Made by a program: the position numbers and the translations under genes. The notes beneath the pieces are model-generated. The model saw only the letters and a program-made list of their open reading frames with translations. It was not told where the DNA came from and did not search any database. A DNA stretch of 64,000 nt from Eledone cirrhosa. Taxonomy: Eukaryota. Shown piece by piece: positions 26,867 through 41,269 of this stretch (positions are counted from its first letter, which is position 1; every line of letters begins with the position of its first letter). Location of the stretch: NCBI GenBank assembly GCA_964016885.1, contig OZ024752.1, forward strand, positions 49,848,001 to 49,912,000, read 5' to 3'.

Positions 26867-27142
26867 CTCTATGTATATATGTATTCTCTAGTTAAGCTAG
26901 TATAATAATTACAATCAATTATTTTTCCGAACCACTGAATAGAATGTTTGATATTTTGAGCAAAAATATTTTAAATTCAAAGCTACTGCACAATACACAG
27001 CAACAATTTGATGTGTGCAGCTGCAATACAACAACTGCAAAGCCATGCACTCATACAACTTAGAGGGACAATTATTTCAATGATAGGTAGAACTGAGATA
27101 GAAATTTCGGATATAAATAACCTCATGTTGAATTACAATAAA

Positions 27143-27378
27143 TTAACCCTTTAGCATTAAACCAGCCATATCCGGCTAGAATTCTCTCATCTCTTTCTGT
27201 TCAAACTGGCTGTAATTGGCTGTAACTGGTCACTCGTACCGACTATAAGGTATTGTTCTCAAAATAAATAATATCAAAATCTCATAGATTCGATATTATG
27301 TGAGATATTATGTGAGGTAAAGCCTTTACTGTGAAAATACGAAAGTAAATATAGAGTAATGTAAATGCTAAAGGGTTA
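27143..27378 (+). mobile_element. piggyBac-type MITE copy
   Basis: Full-length homology. Confidence 0.8.
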
Positions 27379-28008
27379 CTTGCTAAAATTTATAAAAGAA
27401 AAATAGAGGCACTTTTGGGATGTAACCGATACAAGTTAAGACCACATGCAGTTTTGACTGATTAAATTTCTGTATACACATGTATTTTTCTTTGGCATCT
27501 ATTACACTTCAGCAGTTAAATTCAAATATTCCTACGTCCAAACATGTGTACACGAAGAGTCAAAGAAAATGCCATGGTAAATATATATTGGTAAAAAGAT
27601 AAAAGAGAATGAATTAGTTAAATAGTATAATACATACCGGCCTGGAGAAGGATGGGCTTTGCCAGGCTTAAAATGTCCAAGAAACGATGTGTGTCAATAC
27701 GGCGCCTCTACAACTCTATCAGGAGTGACGGGACCATAGCATCGCCTAATACATAAAGTGATGCATGTAAACCTCCCTGCCACCTTAGTTATATATATAA
27801 GTCTTCATATTATGTTTATATTAACTTACAGCCTGTTGGTTGAAAGAGAACCTGGTCATAAGTTGGAGAGTGCCTGTATATGAAATTATTTCGGATATCG
27901 TATAATTCTTGTTTATAGATAAGATATTTTAGCAGAGAGAGGTCATTTTTTTATAATATGACTTATGATATTATACTAACAGACACATCACAACTTACCA
28001 TAAATATA

Positions 28009-28760
28009 GAGGTAATTTTTTTATATGGCTTGTTAAGTTGTATTAACAGAGACATCACAACTTACCAAAAAAAAGAGGTAATTTTTTTATATGGCTTGTT
28101 ATGCTGTATTAACAGAGACATCACAACTTACCAAAAAAAAAAGAGGTAATTTTTTTATATGGCTTGTTATGTTGTATTAACAGAGACATCACAACTTACC
28201 AAAAAAAAAAGAGGTAATTTTTTTATATGGCTTGTTAAGTTGTATTAACAGAGACATCACAACTTACCAAAAAAAAAAGAGGTAATTTTTTTATATGGCT
28301 TGTTATGCTGTATTAACAGAGACATCACAACTTACCAAAAAAAAAAGAGGTAATTTTTTTATATGGCTTGTTATGTTGTATTAACAGAGACATCACAACT
28401 TACCAAAAAAAAAAGAGGTAATTTTTTTATATGGCTTGTTATGTTGTATTAACAGAGACATCACAACTTACCAAAAAAAAAAGAGGTAATTTTTTTATAT
28501 GGCTTGTTATGTTGTATTAACAGAGACATCACAACTTACCAAAAAAAAAAGAGGTAATTTTTTTATATGGCTTGTTATGTTGTATTAACAGAGACATCAC
28601 AACTTACCAAAAAAAAAGAGGTAATTTTTTTATATGGCTTGTTATGTTGTATTAACAGAGACATCACAACTTACCAAAAAAAAAAAGAGATAATTTTTTA
28701 TATGGCTTGTTATGTTGTATTAACAGAGACATCACAACTTACCACAAACATAGAGGTAAT
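28009..28760. repeat. ~68-bp minisatellite, ~11 copies
   Basis: Unit gaggtaat(T)natatggcttgttatgttgtattaacagagacatcacaacttacc(A)n. Confidence 0.95.
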
Positions 28761-28896
28761 TTTTTTTTATAGTATGGCTTGCGATATACATTTTTATAAT
28801 ATGGCTTGCCATGTTGTACTAATACCATAATATAGAGGTAATTAATGATACAAATATTTTTAAAAAATACATTGGTCACATTTTCACATTTTCTAT

Positions 28897-29168
28897 TCAA
28901 ACATTTTTCTTCTTCTTCGATTTCCGGCCGTGAGATTGGCTAACGCTGAGGGCTTCTAACCTTAATGGTTTTCGTACTGTCATATCAGGCGTATTACCAT
29001 TAGATGTATCATTGTTTGTTAACATGGGACCACATACTGGTGAAGTCTTACAAGTAGATTCTAATTGGGCTTCAGAGCTTGACAAAAAGGGTACAGAATA
29101 TTGTTGCTGCATGTTCATAAAGTTCCCACTTCCACTTGTGTTGAAACTTTCTTTGATTTTACTAACAC
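28897..29168 (-). CDS. Probable terminal coding exon of an unidentified host gene ((S)VSKIKESFNTSGSGNFMNMQQQYSVPFLSSSEAQLESTCKTSPVCGPMLTNNDTSNGNTPDMTVRKPLRLEALSVSQSHGRKSKKKKNV*)
   Basis: Long polypyrimidine tract + CAG acceptor on the minus strand (29169-29190). Phase-1 start, open frame to TGA at 28897-28899, non-repetitive and more GC-rich than its flanks. Confidence 0.65.
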
Positions 29169-29262
29169 CTGGAAAAAAAAAGAAAAAAGAAAAGGAATTT
29201 TATCAATATTTAACCCTTTAGCATTTACATTACTCTCTCTCTATATATATATACTATTGTAT

Positions 29263-29610
29263 ATGGAGGCACATGGCTTAGTGGTTAGAGCATTGGCCTT
29301 GCAATCGAAAGGTTGTGAGTTCAATTCTCAGACCGGGTGATGTGTTGTTTCCTTGAGCAAGACACTTTATTTCACATTGCTCCAGTTTACTCAGCTGTAG
29401 AAATGAGATGATAGGGACTGGGGTCCCTATCATTCCACTGCAAAGTGGTCGTGGAGGTGGCATGGCAAAAAAAGCACCCAGCACTCACTGCAAATGAGGT
29501 TGGTGTTAGGAAGGGCATCCAGCTGTAGAAATCAAGCCAGAATCAGTTCCCGTCCCACCCTTGCAAGCAGGGAAAAACGGACGTAAAATGATGATGCTGA
29601 TGATGATGAT
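29263..29610 (+). mobile_element. tRNA-derived CORE-like SINE with RTE-like tail, inserted in a MITE (29210-29677)
   Basis: A box tggcttagtgg, B box gagttcaattc, central ccttgagcaagacacttt, tail aggaagggcatccagc...(GAT)n, TSD tattgtat. Confidence 0.85.
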
Positions 29611-30014
29611 ATTGTATTTTCATGGTAAAGGCTTTACTTTACATAATTATCTCACATAATATCAAATCTATGAGATTGGCAGTATTGGTGCAGTGCTGGA
29701 TACCATGTTTAGAGTTACATCATGCATAGAGTTACAGCCCTTTACGTTCTGAGTTCAAATTTCACCGAGGCCTTTCATCCTTACGGGGTCAATAAGATAA
29801 AGTACCAGTAATGCACTGGGGTCGATTTAATCGATTTCATTCTTGCCTTGAAATAGGTGGCCTTGTGCCTAAAGTAGAAATAATTGTTTCTACTTTAGGC
29901 ACAAGGCCAGCAATTATCCCCAGTGCATTACTGGTACTTTATATTATCGACCCCGTAAGGATGAAAGTCAAAGCTACCCTGAGCATGTGCCTGTAGCATC
30001 GTAGGAGGAAAACT

Positions 30015-30300
30015 GGAAGAGGGCACTTGCCCTAGTGGTCAGGGTAACCGTGGCTTTTTTTGTGGGCTTTCTCCACGAGCGACCCTAGGAAGTCTGTCCC
30101 CTATTGGGGAATTTTACATTGTTTCTTTTTTTGTTACATCCTCTGTTTTTTTGTTTTTTTTACATGCAGAAATGCCTATTTGTACCCTCCTGAACTGTCC
30201 TGTGTTGTCCTGTACTGTCCTGTGTTGTCCTGTACTGTCCTTAATGTTATACTTTGTGTCAACCCTTGTGGTTAATAAAGAAAGCATTATTATTAATGTT
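30015..30300 (+). mobile_element. 3' end of an unclassified non-LTR element
   Basis: Homologous to 40842-41080 (minus strand); ends aataaagaaagc(att)n. Confidence 0.55.
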
Positions 30301-30722
30301 ATTATTATTATTATTGTTATTATTATTATTTGCCACGAGGGCAGTGGATTGTCAGTATCGGTAGAGGGTCGGATGCCATGCTTTGCAGCATAGAGTTACG
30401 GCTCTTTATGATCTGAACTCAAATCCCGCCGAGGTTAACTTTGCCTTTCATCCTTATGGGGGTCGATAAAATAAAGTACCAGTAATACACTGGTTTAATT
30501 GCTGGCCTTGTGCCAAAAGTAGAAACAATTATTATTATTATTTATCTTTTTAAAGATTTGTTATTTGTTTGTTGTTTACTGAACCAATTCATAGCCTCGT
30601 GTGTATACTATGACAATATCTAATATCGGCAAATATAAATATATTCTTGATTTATGGAATATGTTTGTATAGTATTTCACATTGTATTGCTATGTATTTG
30701 TTATATATATATAGAGATAGAT

Positions 30723-31056
30723 ATGGAGGCACATGGCTTAGTGGTTAGAGCATTGGCCTTGCAATCGAAAGGTTGTGAGTTCAATTCTCAGACCGGGTGA
30801 TGTGTTGTTTCCTTGAGCAAGACACTTTATTTCACATTGCTCCAGTTTACTCAGCTGTAGAAATGAGATGATAGGATTGGGGTCCATATCATTCCACTGC
30901 AAAGTGGTTGTGGAGGTGCCACGGAAAAAAAGCACCCAGCACTCACTGTAATTGAGGTTGGTGTTAGGAAGGGAATCCAGCTGTAGAAATCAAGCCAGCA
31001 TCAGTTCCTGTCCCACCCTTGCAAGCAGGGTAAAGCGGATGTAAAATGATGATGAT
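30723..31056 (+). mobile_element. CORE-like SINE, same family
   Basis: Near identical to 29263-29610. Confidence 0.85.
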
Positions 31057-31068
31057 ATATATAGAGAG

Positions 31069-31113
<45 letters not shown>

Positions 31114-31247
31114 CAAAGGGATATTTAATTTGTTGGTAATTCAACAAATATATATGTTTATAACTGATTCGAAGCACTCAACAGATTTTCTGGAGTATAA
31201 TATTCAATGATATTAATAAATTGAAACTATATTTATAAAACCATATT

Positions 31248-31308
31248 TATTCTATTATATATATTTCAAGGGTATCAAAACTTTGGTACGTTCTCATCAG
31301 ATAAAATA
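31248..31308 (-). ncRNA. Type I hammerhead ribozyme motif (family A, opposite arm)
   Basis: Reverse-complement copy of 31396-31456 with an intact CTGATGA...GAAA core. Confidence 0.75.
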
Positions 31309-31395
31309 CAAAGTTTGTTTATAGACTATCTAGGTAAAACTTGAACGGTTAAGATCTCCTTCCTGGATATGTCAATATTTATAAAGCAAACTTTG

Positions 31396-31456
31396 TATTT
31401 TATCTGATGAGAGCGTACCAAAGTTTTGGTACCCTTGAAATATATATAATAGAATA
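31396..31456 (+). ncRNA. Type I hammerhead ribozyme motif (family A)
   Basis: Stem I tattttat/atagaata; core CTGATGA; stem II gagcGTACCAAA-gt-TTTGGTACcctt; GAAA; palindromic stem III A-tatata-T; predicted cleavage after UA at 31448. Confidence 0.8.
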
Positions 31457-31501
31457 AATATGGTTTTATAAATATAGTTTCCATTTATTAATATCATTAA
31501 T

Positions 31502-31572
<71 letters not shown>

Positions 31573-31958
31573 CATACACACAGACACACAGTGGGATTCT
31601 GCTGTTTCTTTTTACCAAATTTTACTCACCAACACAATACGTGAAATCCTGTAGTTGTGAATTGAAGTCCTTAATGACACAACCATGCCTATGTTATTAT
31701 TTTTTATTTTATTTTATGTTTGTGTGTGGTGTGTAGGGGGGGGGGGGGGTTAAAATACTGTAATATTTATTATTAACTTCTGATCCTTATCATAGGTTAG
31801 GTTATAGTTTATTAGTATCATAGGTTAGGTTATAGTAGGTTATTAGTAAAGCCTGTTTGAAATGCTTTCTTTAAGAAACCAACCATATTCTTTATAGCCA
31901 TATTTTTTTTCTTGTGTATGGAAAGGAAGAGAGAGAAAGGAGCAAGAGATAGCCAGAC

Positions 31959-31989
<31 letters not shown>

Positions 31990-32558
31990 GAGAGAGGGCC
32001 ATGAGAGAGAGAGAGAGAGGTGCCAGCAGCAGGGAAAAGTTGATTAGATAAATTCAAATGATTGTAGGAGATAAATTTTGCACTTTGCCAACTCATCAAA
32101 GAAAAAAGAAGCAAAAAGCACAAGAGATAGATGATAATTTCAATCTTACATATAACACAAAGTATGTTTTTTCAGAAACCTTTCGACAAGAAACGTCAAT
32201 TTGCATGTAAATAATTAGATATTATAAGAATAGAAGTGTTCAAATATGCATGTGTGGCCTTATAATTTCATCCTGAATGTAGAATAAACAAAAATAATTA
32301 TTCTAATATTGCAAGAGAAGTTTAGCCTCTAGATAGACATGCGTAATAAATGGGTAATTAATTAGTAAAACAATTATTCTTTTAAACATTTTTATATATA
32401 AATGAATTAAAACTAAAATGGTAATTATAAATATAACATTTAAGTTGGCTTCTTTAATTACATAGTTTATCAATCTATTGCATCCCGCACATCACACAAG
32501 TTATCATTTTATAGGCAAATGTGTGTGTATATATGTATATATGTATATATGTATGTAT

Positions 32559-32622
<64 letters not shown>

Positions 32623-32718
32623 TTATATATATATATTTATATATAGAAATATGTATATATATGTATGTATGTATATATAAATATATATCTATATATATAT
32701 ATGTACATGTATATGCAT

Positions 32719-32786
<68 letters not shown>

Positions 32787-32878
32787 TTGTATATATATAA
32801 TATATATATATATGTATGTACGTGGGAAAGATGTATGCATATATATATATGTATATATATATATATATGTATATATGT

Positions 32879-32938
<60 letters not shown>

Positions 32939-33149
32939 GAGTGTATATATGTATGTATATATGCATGTATACTAACAACAAAAGTGCCACCATAAAACTG
33001 TAATTATTATATATGTGATATTCTTTTTTAAAAACCTATCATTGAGAGGAGAAGGGGCTGGTCTTTAGCCTCTGGTTCCTCTCCCTGGAGCAAACTAACG
33101 AAGAGAGTCAGGTAAAATTATTACAATTGATGTTTCATCTAAATAGAAG

Positions 33150-33202
<53 letters not shown>

Positions 33203-33274
33203 CATATATATGTATATATACATATACATTTATACATATATAATCTTTTACTGTTTTACCTGTTCCAGCCATAT

Positions 33275-33443
<169 letters not shown>

Positions 33444-33477
33444 TATATACATATATATATATTTATATGTGTGTGTG

Positions 33478-33523
<46 letters not shown>

Positions 33524-34318
33524 CACACACACATACATATATATATATATATTCTATTTCAATTTCTGAATGTTAATAATTTTGTTTTCTTAGAAAGTAA
33601 ATGGTGAGAAAGAAGTTTAAAAGAAAGATAGACTTTGAAAGAAATTATACACACATACATACATACAAATACACACATGCATATATATATATATATACAT
33701 ATACATACACACATGCACAAACACAAACTTTTACAATACACATGCTTGCACATGCCTATACACACACATTTGTACATAGCTTGTAAACATACATGCATAC
33801 ACATCACATGCACACACACTCACAAGTACACATGCTTTCACATGTGCACACACATACAAATGGAGATATACATATTTGTACACATGTATGCACATGCATG
33901 CACATACACATGCACACCCACACACCTAGACACATACACATGCTTACACAAGCACATACACCCTCACATATCTGTACATATGTTTATACACACAAATACA
34001 CATACACATACATATACAAGTACATATATACATTTTTAAAAGTCTCTTGCATACATGCATGTCCTTAAATAAAGTTCTATATAAGGACATTATATAAAGT
34101 TTAACAGTTTAGATAACAATCTGCCATAACTCCTTCTGGTTCTATGAAACAAAACCACTCATTTTGAAGGGTTCCTATTTAAATTAAAACCTTCCAACAT
34201 AATTTCATATATAAAAAAAAACAACAGTTTTTAAGTTATGTTACAAACACTATCCCATAATTAATGATTCTAATAAACTACACCAAATTCTTTAGTAATA
34301 TAACTGATTTCTTCGTTA

Positions 34319-34679
34319 TTAACCCTTTAGCATTTAAACCAGCCATATCCGGCCAGAATTCTTTCACCTCTTCCTGTTCAAACCAGTCATATCTGGCCAG
34401 AATTCTTTCAACCTCTTCCTATTCAAACCAGCTATATCCGGCCAGAATTTTTTCACCTCTTCCTGTTCAAACCAGCCATATCCGGTCATAATTCTCTCAC
34501 CCCCTTCCTGTTCAAACCAGTCATAACCAGTCGTTCATACTTTTAAGGTATTGTTCTCAAAATAATTAACATCAAACTTTCATAGATTCGATATTATGTG
34601 AGATAATTGTGTGAGATAAAGCTTTTCCTGTGAAAATACAATAGTATATTATAGAGTAATGTAAATACTAAAGTGTTTA
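34319..34679 (+). mobile_element. piggyBac-type MITE copy with 44-bp x4 internal tandem
   Basis: Unit aaccagccatatccggccagaattctttcacctcttcctgttca, ~34337-34520. Confidence 0.8.
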
Positions 34680-35406
34680 TTTATTGTTTGGAAAATAACT
34701 TATCAGAAATTCTTACATGAAATTATGATGGAAGGTTTTTAGATAAACATAAACACTTTAAAATACTTTTATATCGGGAGAGTAAAAGCAGTTTCAAGTA
34801 TGTTAGTATCAGAACTGACACCTGATTATTTAGTATCATTGTCTTCCCACTAAGTAGTTGCTCAAAAGATCTTAATGGTACCACTAGCTCTGGTTAGTAT
34901 TAAAAGGGTTGAGGTGTTTCTGTAGAAGAAATCTTGCAAATAATTTCCATTTTGATTGATTCATGAATTGGATTGTTCTCGTCCATAAATCTCTCAAAAA
35001 CTTAATTTATAACTTGAATAATTTTATATTTTCTTTTTTATGGAAAATTTATTCTGAATATAAAAATGAGATATCTAATTGATTCTTCAAGTGTTTATTA
35101 ATAACTAATAGCAATGTAAAAAAAACAACATATTAAACTAAGACCTAAATAAAGTTTAAAGTTCATCGTGGATTGGCAGTATCAGTAGAGTGTCGGATGC
35201 CATGCTTTGCAGCATAGAGTTATGGCCGTTTATGATATGAGTTCAAATCCCGCCGAGGTTAGCTTTGCCTTTCATCCTTACGGGGCTTGATAAAATAAAG
35301 TACCAGTAATACACTGGAATAATTGTTGGCCTTATGCCAAAAGTAGAAACAATTATTTTGATACTTTATCATTTACAGCAGATTATTTATTTGGTAGAGT
35401 GGATAA

Positions 35407-35822
35407 GGGCGGTGGATTGGCAGTATCGGTAGAGGGTCGGACACCATGTTAGGGCGGTGGATTGGCAGTATCGGTAGAGGGTCGGACACCATGTTAGGGC
35501 AGTGGATTGGCAGTATCGGTAGAGGGTTGGACACCATGTTAGGGCGGTGGATTGGCAGTATCGGTAGAGGGTCGGACACCATGTTAGGGCGGTGGATTGG
35601 CAGTATCGGTAGAGGGTTGGACACCATGTTAGGGCGGTGGATTGGAAGTATCGGTAGAGGGTCGGACGCCATGCTTTCCAGCATAGTTACGTCCCTTTAC
35701 GATCTGAGTTCAAATCCCGCCGAGGTTGACTTTGCCTTTCATCCTTACGGGGTCGATAAAATAAAGTACCAGTAATGCACTGGGTAATTGCTGGCCTTGT
35801 GACAAAAGTAGAAACAATTATT
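35407..35822 (+). mobile_element. S1 SINE with 45-bp head repeated 6 times
   Basis: Unit gggcggtggattggcagtatcggtagagggtcggacaccatgtta at 35407-35673, then one normal SINE body. Confidence 0.85.
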
Positions 35823-36178
35823 TATTTGGTAGAGTCATTAGGGGATAGGATATTGATTCCAGGTCTCTGGGTTCTGAGTTCAAATCTCGTTGAGGTCCAC
35901 TTTGCATTTCACCATTTCTATGTCAATAAAGAAAGTACCAGCCAAGTGCTGACACAACCCTTCCTTCTTCTAGCTCTCATGTCCTAAATGATCCATTGAA
36001 TTAAAGAGTGTAGGGCCAAGAAGGTGTCCCTGCCTGATTGTAATAACTGCATTGGGTACCTAAAGCCCTTAGCAACAGCATAGTACATTGTGTTATGTCT
36101 TCGTTGTATTACTAGTTGTAGTACTAGTTGTATATTTCAACCAAGTTATTACTACTATATATATATATATATATATAT

Positions 36179-36382
36179 ATAGGAACGAGTAGGACCCCGA
36201 CGGCTGAGCTCAAGCCGTTTCGACGGCTAATTCTGGACTTTTTAGTCCAGAATTAGCCGTCGAAACGGCTTGAGCTCAACCGTCGGGGTCATACTCATTC
36301 CTATTACCCACTCTACTACCCTAAGTATTGAGTACTTTGGTGCGTTATGGTCCACCTGGTTCCTTACCACATTTCCTTCGTT
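36179..36382 (+). mobile_element. Fold-back element family B (3' half of an HHR: GAAACGGCT-tgagctc-AGCCGTC)
   Basis: Palindrome 36179-36304 plus tail to 36382, between (TA)n tracts. Confidence 0.7.
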
Positions 36383-36571
36383 ATATATATATATATATAT
36401 ATAGGGAGTGTAACATGCACTTACTGTAGGTTCACCCAGGTTTCACGTCTGTAACAAGGTGTAGAACTAAACAGAGTGTAATTATAATAATAAAATTACC
36501 TTCTTTCACCATCGATGGATAATGAAAGACAGTCCAACATGTGACTGTGGGGGCCCAGATCCCAGATCAGA

Positions 36572-36892
36572 AAGGGCTGCATGTTGTTCAGGATTGCCCT
36601 CTCTCAGATGTTTTCCCAGTGGACTGGAGACAATCAATAATGCCACAAATGACACCTTGGTCTAGCTCGCTGGTCTGGATCTGATCTGCCTTTCTAGCTA
36701 CTAAATATATATCATACAACAGGGGATCCTGACTAGACAGGGTTGTATGTTGTTCGGGATTGCCCTCCCTCAGATGTTTTCCCAGTGGACTGGAGACAAT
36801 CTACAATACTACAAATGACACCTTGGTCTATCTAGCTCGGTGGTCTCGATCAGACCTGCCTCTCTAGCTATTATAAACATGCCATACAACAA
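36572..36892. repeat. Diverged ~168-bp direct duplication
   Basis: atgttgttc.ggattgccct...cagatgttttcccagtggactggagacaatc...atacaaca occurs twice. Confidence 0.8.
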
Positions 36893-36942
36893 GAAAAAGA
36901 CCAGAAAAATGGAGACATAATCAGACAGAAGGTCCCTCATCA

Positions 36943-37046
36943 TTAACCTTTAGCATGCTAGTAATTTTAATAATTACTTCCATTGAAACTGCATTATATA
37001 TTAAGGGGAGGTCACCTTATGTCACCTAGAGCATGTTAAAGGTTAA
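36943..37046. mobile_element. Small TTAA-flanked MITE (second family)
   Basis: Terminal inverted repeats ttaacctttagcatgct ... agcatgttaaaggttaa. Confidence 0.5.
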
Positions 37047-37478
37047 AACATTCAAAAAAGCTTCTATGAGATACACTTTCAGAGGAGAGGAAGAAGCTAG
37101 ATGTCTCAACCGAGGCTAATGGAAGCTGTAAAAACGATAACGAAATCAACTACAGCAGGCAAGATATTTTGAAACCCAAACTACTTTTATATTTCATGTT
37201 TTATATAACCAATACTTCTTTCTAACAGCTTGCCTCATTGACTTGTCTATTCTATAAGAACTTTCTTTTTCTTAATTGTTTCATTAAAGAAAACTTAATT
37301 AGAGATTTGGATGATGTAGTTCTATAAATCAAAATTTATGCTATCCACTGTCACGTGTCTAAGAATATATTTGCCAGCAAAAGACATTGAACAAATTTCA
37401 AGTATTCTATAAATTTTAACTATCTTATGTGTACATTATATATACATACATATGTATATATATATATGTATATATATA

Positions 37479-37526
<48 letters not shown>

Positions 37527-37580
37527 TGAATACATATATATATATATTCATATATATATATATATATATGAATATATATA

Positions 37581-37624
<44 letters not shown>

Positions 37625-38268
37625 TGCAGATGAAACCATAAAAAATATATATAATATAACATTTGAACATATTTCAATGTAAAAACTCATCAAATACGTT
37701 TTATGATTCTAATAAAATACAAGCATCCTTATCGTTGTCACATTGTTTTGTTGGCATGGAGATTTATGCTGTACACAGAGGAATAGATTTATATATAATT
37801 TCACATAAATAATAAAGGGATGAAAGTTTATTAGCATATAAACACACACACGCAACATTGTAGACACATTGTGTATACAAATATAGAATGTCAAATGAAA
37901 ATAAAATAACAATAATGTTGAAAAAAATATGTAAAAAACAATGAAGAAAGAATGAAAAAAAAATCTGAATTAATGTACATAAGTATGCTAAAAGTTTAAA
38001 CTCGATAATATGTTTACTGATTATTGTTATTATTATTATTATTACAGTAAGAAATCATTATATAGACAGAACACGCACATTTGTGTGTTTATGTATGTAT
38101 GTACGTATGTATATATATGTATGTATTTTATCTACATATGTATGTACCCATGATTTTATGTATGTACATATGTATGTGCATGTGTGTATGTATGTATGTA
38201 CATACATATGTACATATGTATGGACATATGTATGTATATATGTATGTATCTATGTATATATACATATA

Positions 38269-38301
<33 letters not shown>

Positions 38302-38373
38302 GTACATATGAATGTATGCATGTATATATATATATATATATATATAAGTATATATGTATATATATATATATGC

Positions 38374-38410
<37 letters not shown>

Positions 38411-38448
38411 ATAAATCATCATCATCATCATCATCGTTTAACGTCCAT

Positions 38449-38487
<39 letters not shown>

Positions 38488-38593
38488 TTGTATGTATACA
38501 TATATATATAATTATATATATACATATGTACATATGTAAGTATGCAGGTAAGTATATAAGTATATATATATAAGTATATAAGTATATATATAA

Positions 38594-38666
<73 letters not shown>

Positions 38667-39113
38667 TGAACAAATTTTATGAAACATACAGCAAAAATAA
38701 AAATAAAAAAAAATAATAAAAAAAAAAAATAATAATAATAATAATAAACATAAGCATATGGAATAAAGATTACGAAAGTAAATTTCTCTGGTCAACTGAA
38801 GAAGGAAAACTTAGATTTATTGGAAACCTTTGTCAGATTGTAAACAAGCGCCATAGTAATGTATGTATTTATATATTTGCGATTTTACGTTTTTTTCAGT
38901 AGTCTTTGCATTTTCTTTCAGGCAGAATAATTGCAGTTGACAATATTTCACTTGAGAAGAAAAACTAACAAGGAATTTGTCCTCGTCTTTGCTTCCTTTT
39001 CTCTAAATATTAATTTATGATGAAAGTAAACCTATGTGATGACTAAAAAATAATCTATTATTTATTTATTTATATATATATATATATTTTTGACATCTAT
39101 GTATGTGTATGTG

Positions 39114-39172
<59 letters not shown>

Positions 39173-39317
39173 TTATGTATATATAAGTGCTTATATATAT
39201 ATTTATATATATATATATATATATTTAAACACACACACATGTATATATATATATTCTTTTAAACATTTATTTATAAATATATGTATGTATATATATATTT
39301 TTACATCTATGTATGTG

Positions 39318-39359
<42 letters not shown>

Positions 39360-39684
39360 TTTATGTATGTATATATATGTAAGTGCTTATATATATATAT
39401 TTAAACACACACACACACATGTATATATATATATTCTTTTAAACTGAAATTTTATCCCTGAATCTTTAGTTATTTATATGTGGGAGTTTATGTATGTATA
39501 TATATATGTACATATAAGTATGTATCTGTGTATGAATGTATGTATGTACATATATCTATGTGTGTATATATACATATATATATATATATACACACATATA
39601 TATATACCCCCCACTCTCCTGAGCGTGAATTTAATACACATTTATTGTACTGCCTCTCTGTTCTGTCCCTGTTCAATTTTTCAT

Positions 39685-39717
<33 letters not shown>

Positions 39718-41220
39718 CTATATATATAATGTAATCTCTGTAAACAGAACAACAAATGTCTAATATATAATTATTTATAATGTAATTATTTATTTATTTA
39801 TAAATTATATATCTACACAATGAACTAAGTGGATATGAAACAAGTGTCATTTTTAATGCACTATACTGCATCATACATAATACATAAAATAAAGATATAC
39901 CGTTACTTTTTGTTACTATTATTGCTGGGTTTTTTATAGCGGGGGGGGGGGGGGTCTTGTTGTTTATTTTTTGTTCTGAATGACAACATGAACAATTATT
40001 TGGATCATAAAAATCATGGAAAACTAATTTCACTTTTTTTGTTCTTCACCTGCTCTTTATTTGTATTGATGGAAGCATATGGTTAAGCTGAATGGTTAAG
40101 GTGTTTGCTTTTCAATAATAAAGGTTCTATCCCACTGCATGTCATCTCTGTCCAACATGTTAATGATTCTATAAAAATCCTTCCACTCACCCCCACCCAT
40201 CAGTTATGATTCACCATGGGCATGGGCTTTTTTTTTCACCAAATGGAAAGTTCCCTTCCAAAGTGCAAGCCTGGGAAAGGAGGTTTTGTGCAAGGTCAGT
40301 AGTTGTTCAGGCATGTCAGTCTTCTCCTCTTCATGCTACCAATGTTGTCCAAGGGAAAGGGAAATCCCATACAGAAAGATATTGTAAACATTTGAATTAC
40401 CAAACTCGTATTTAGATATTTTTTGTTGAGTCATTCCTGGATGTTAAGAGTTAAAGAACAGATGAGTTTTTATATACTTAGGTATGTTCAGAAAGAAGAC
40501 CATATCAAATATGATCTTCTTTCTGAACATAAAAAGAAAAACACACACAGTTACAAAGTGAAATCCTTAACCACACAACTATAAAAATACCAAGATCTTT
40601 TAACCCCCCTCCCCCCCCAAATGATAATAATGATTTCTAGTATAGGCACAAGGCCAGTAATTTGGGGGAGGGGAAAGTCGATTAAATTGACCCCAGTATG
40701 TTACTGGTGCTTTATTTTATCGACCCTGTAAGGATGAAAGGCAAAGTTAACCTCGGCGGGATTTGAACTCAGATCATAAAGGGACGTAACTCTATGCTAC
40801 AAAGCATGGTGTCCGACTCTCTACCGATACTGCCAATCCACAATAATAATAATAATGCTTTCTTTATTAACCACAAGCGTTTACATAAAGTAGACATTAA
40901 GGACAATACAGGACGGTACAAATGGGCATTTCTGCGTGTAAAAAAACAGAGGATGTAATAAAAAATAACAATGAAAAATTCCCCAATAGGGGGGAGACTT
41001 CCGAGGGACATTTGTGGCGAAAGCCCATTAAAAGGCCACAGTGACCCTGACCACCAGGGCAAGTGCCCTCTCCCAGTTTTCCACCTTTAATTAGAGACAG
41101 ATACTCAGAGTAGGCCCATTCACTCGGGCCATACTTGCTTCTCTCACCCATCTTTCAACAAAATGCTGGGAAGAGAGCACTTCCCTCTCTACCCTGATTT
41201 TCCTTTTCAAATGAAATTTG

Positions 41221-41253
<33 letters not shown>

Positions 41254-41269
41254 AACAATTAATACTCAC

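Larger units (their letters stand above)
31092..31498 (-). mobile_element. Fold-back PLE-like element (family A)
   Basis: Inverted arms ~31206-31323 / 31380-31498. Post-HHR sequence is shared with the 15.6-kb copy; (TA)n flanks. Confidence 0.75.
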
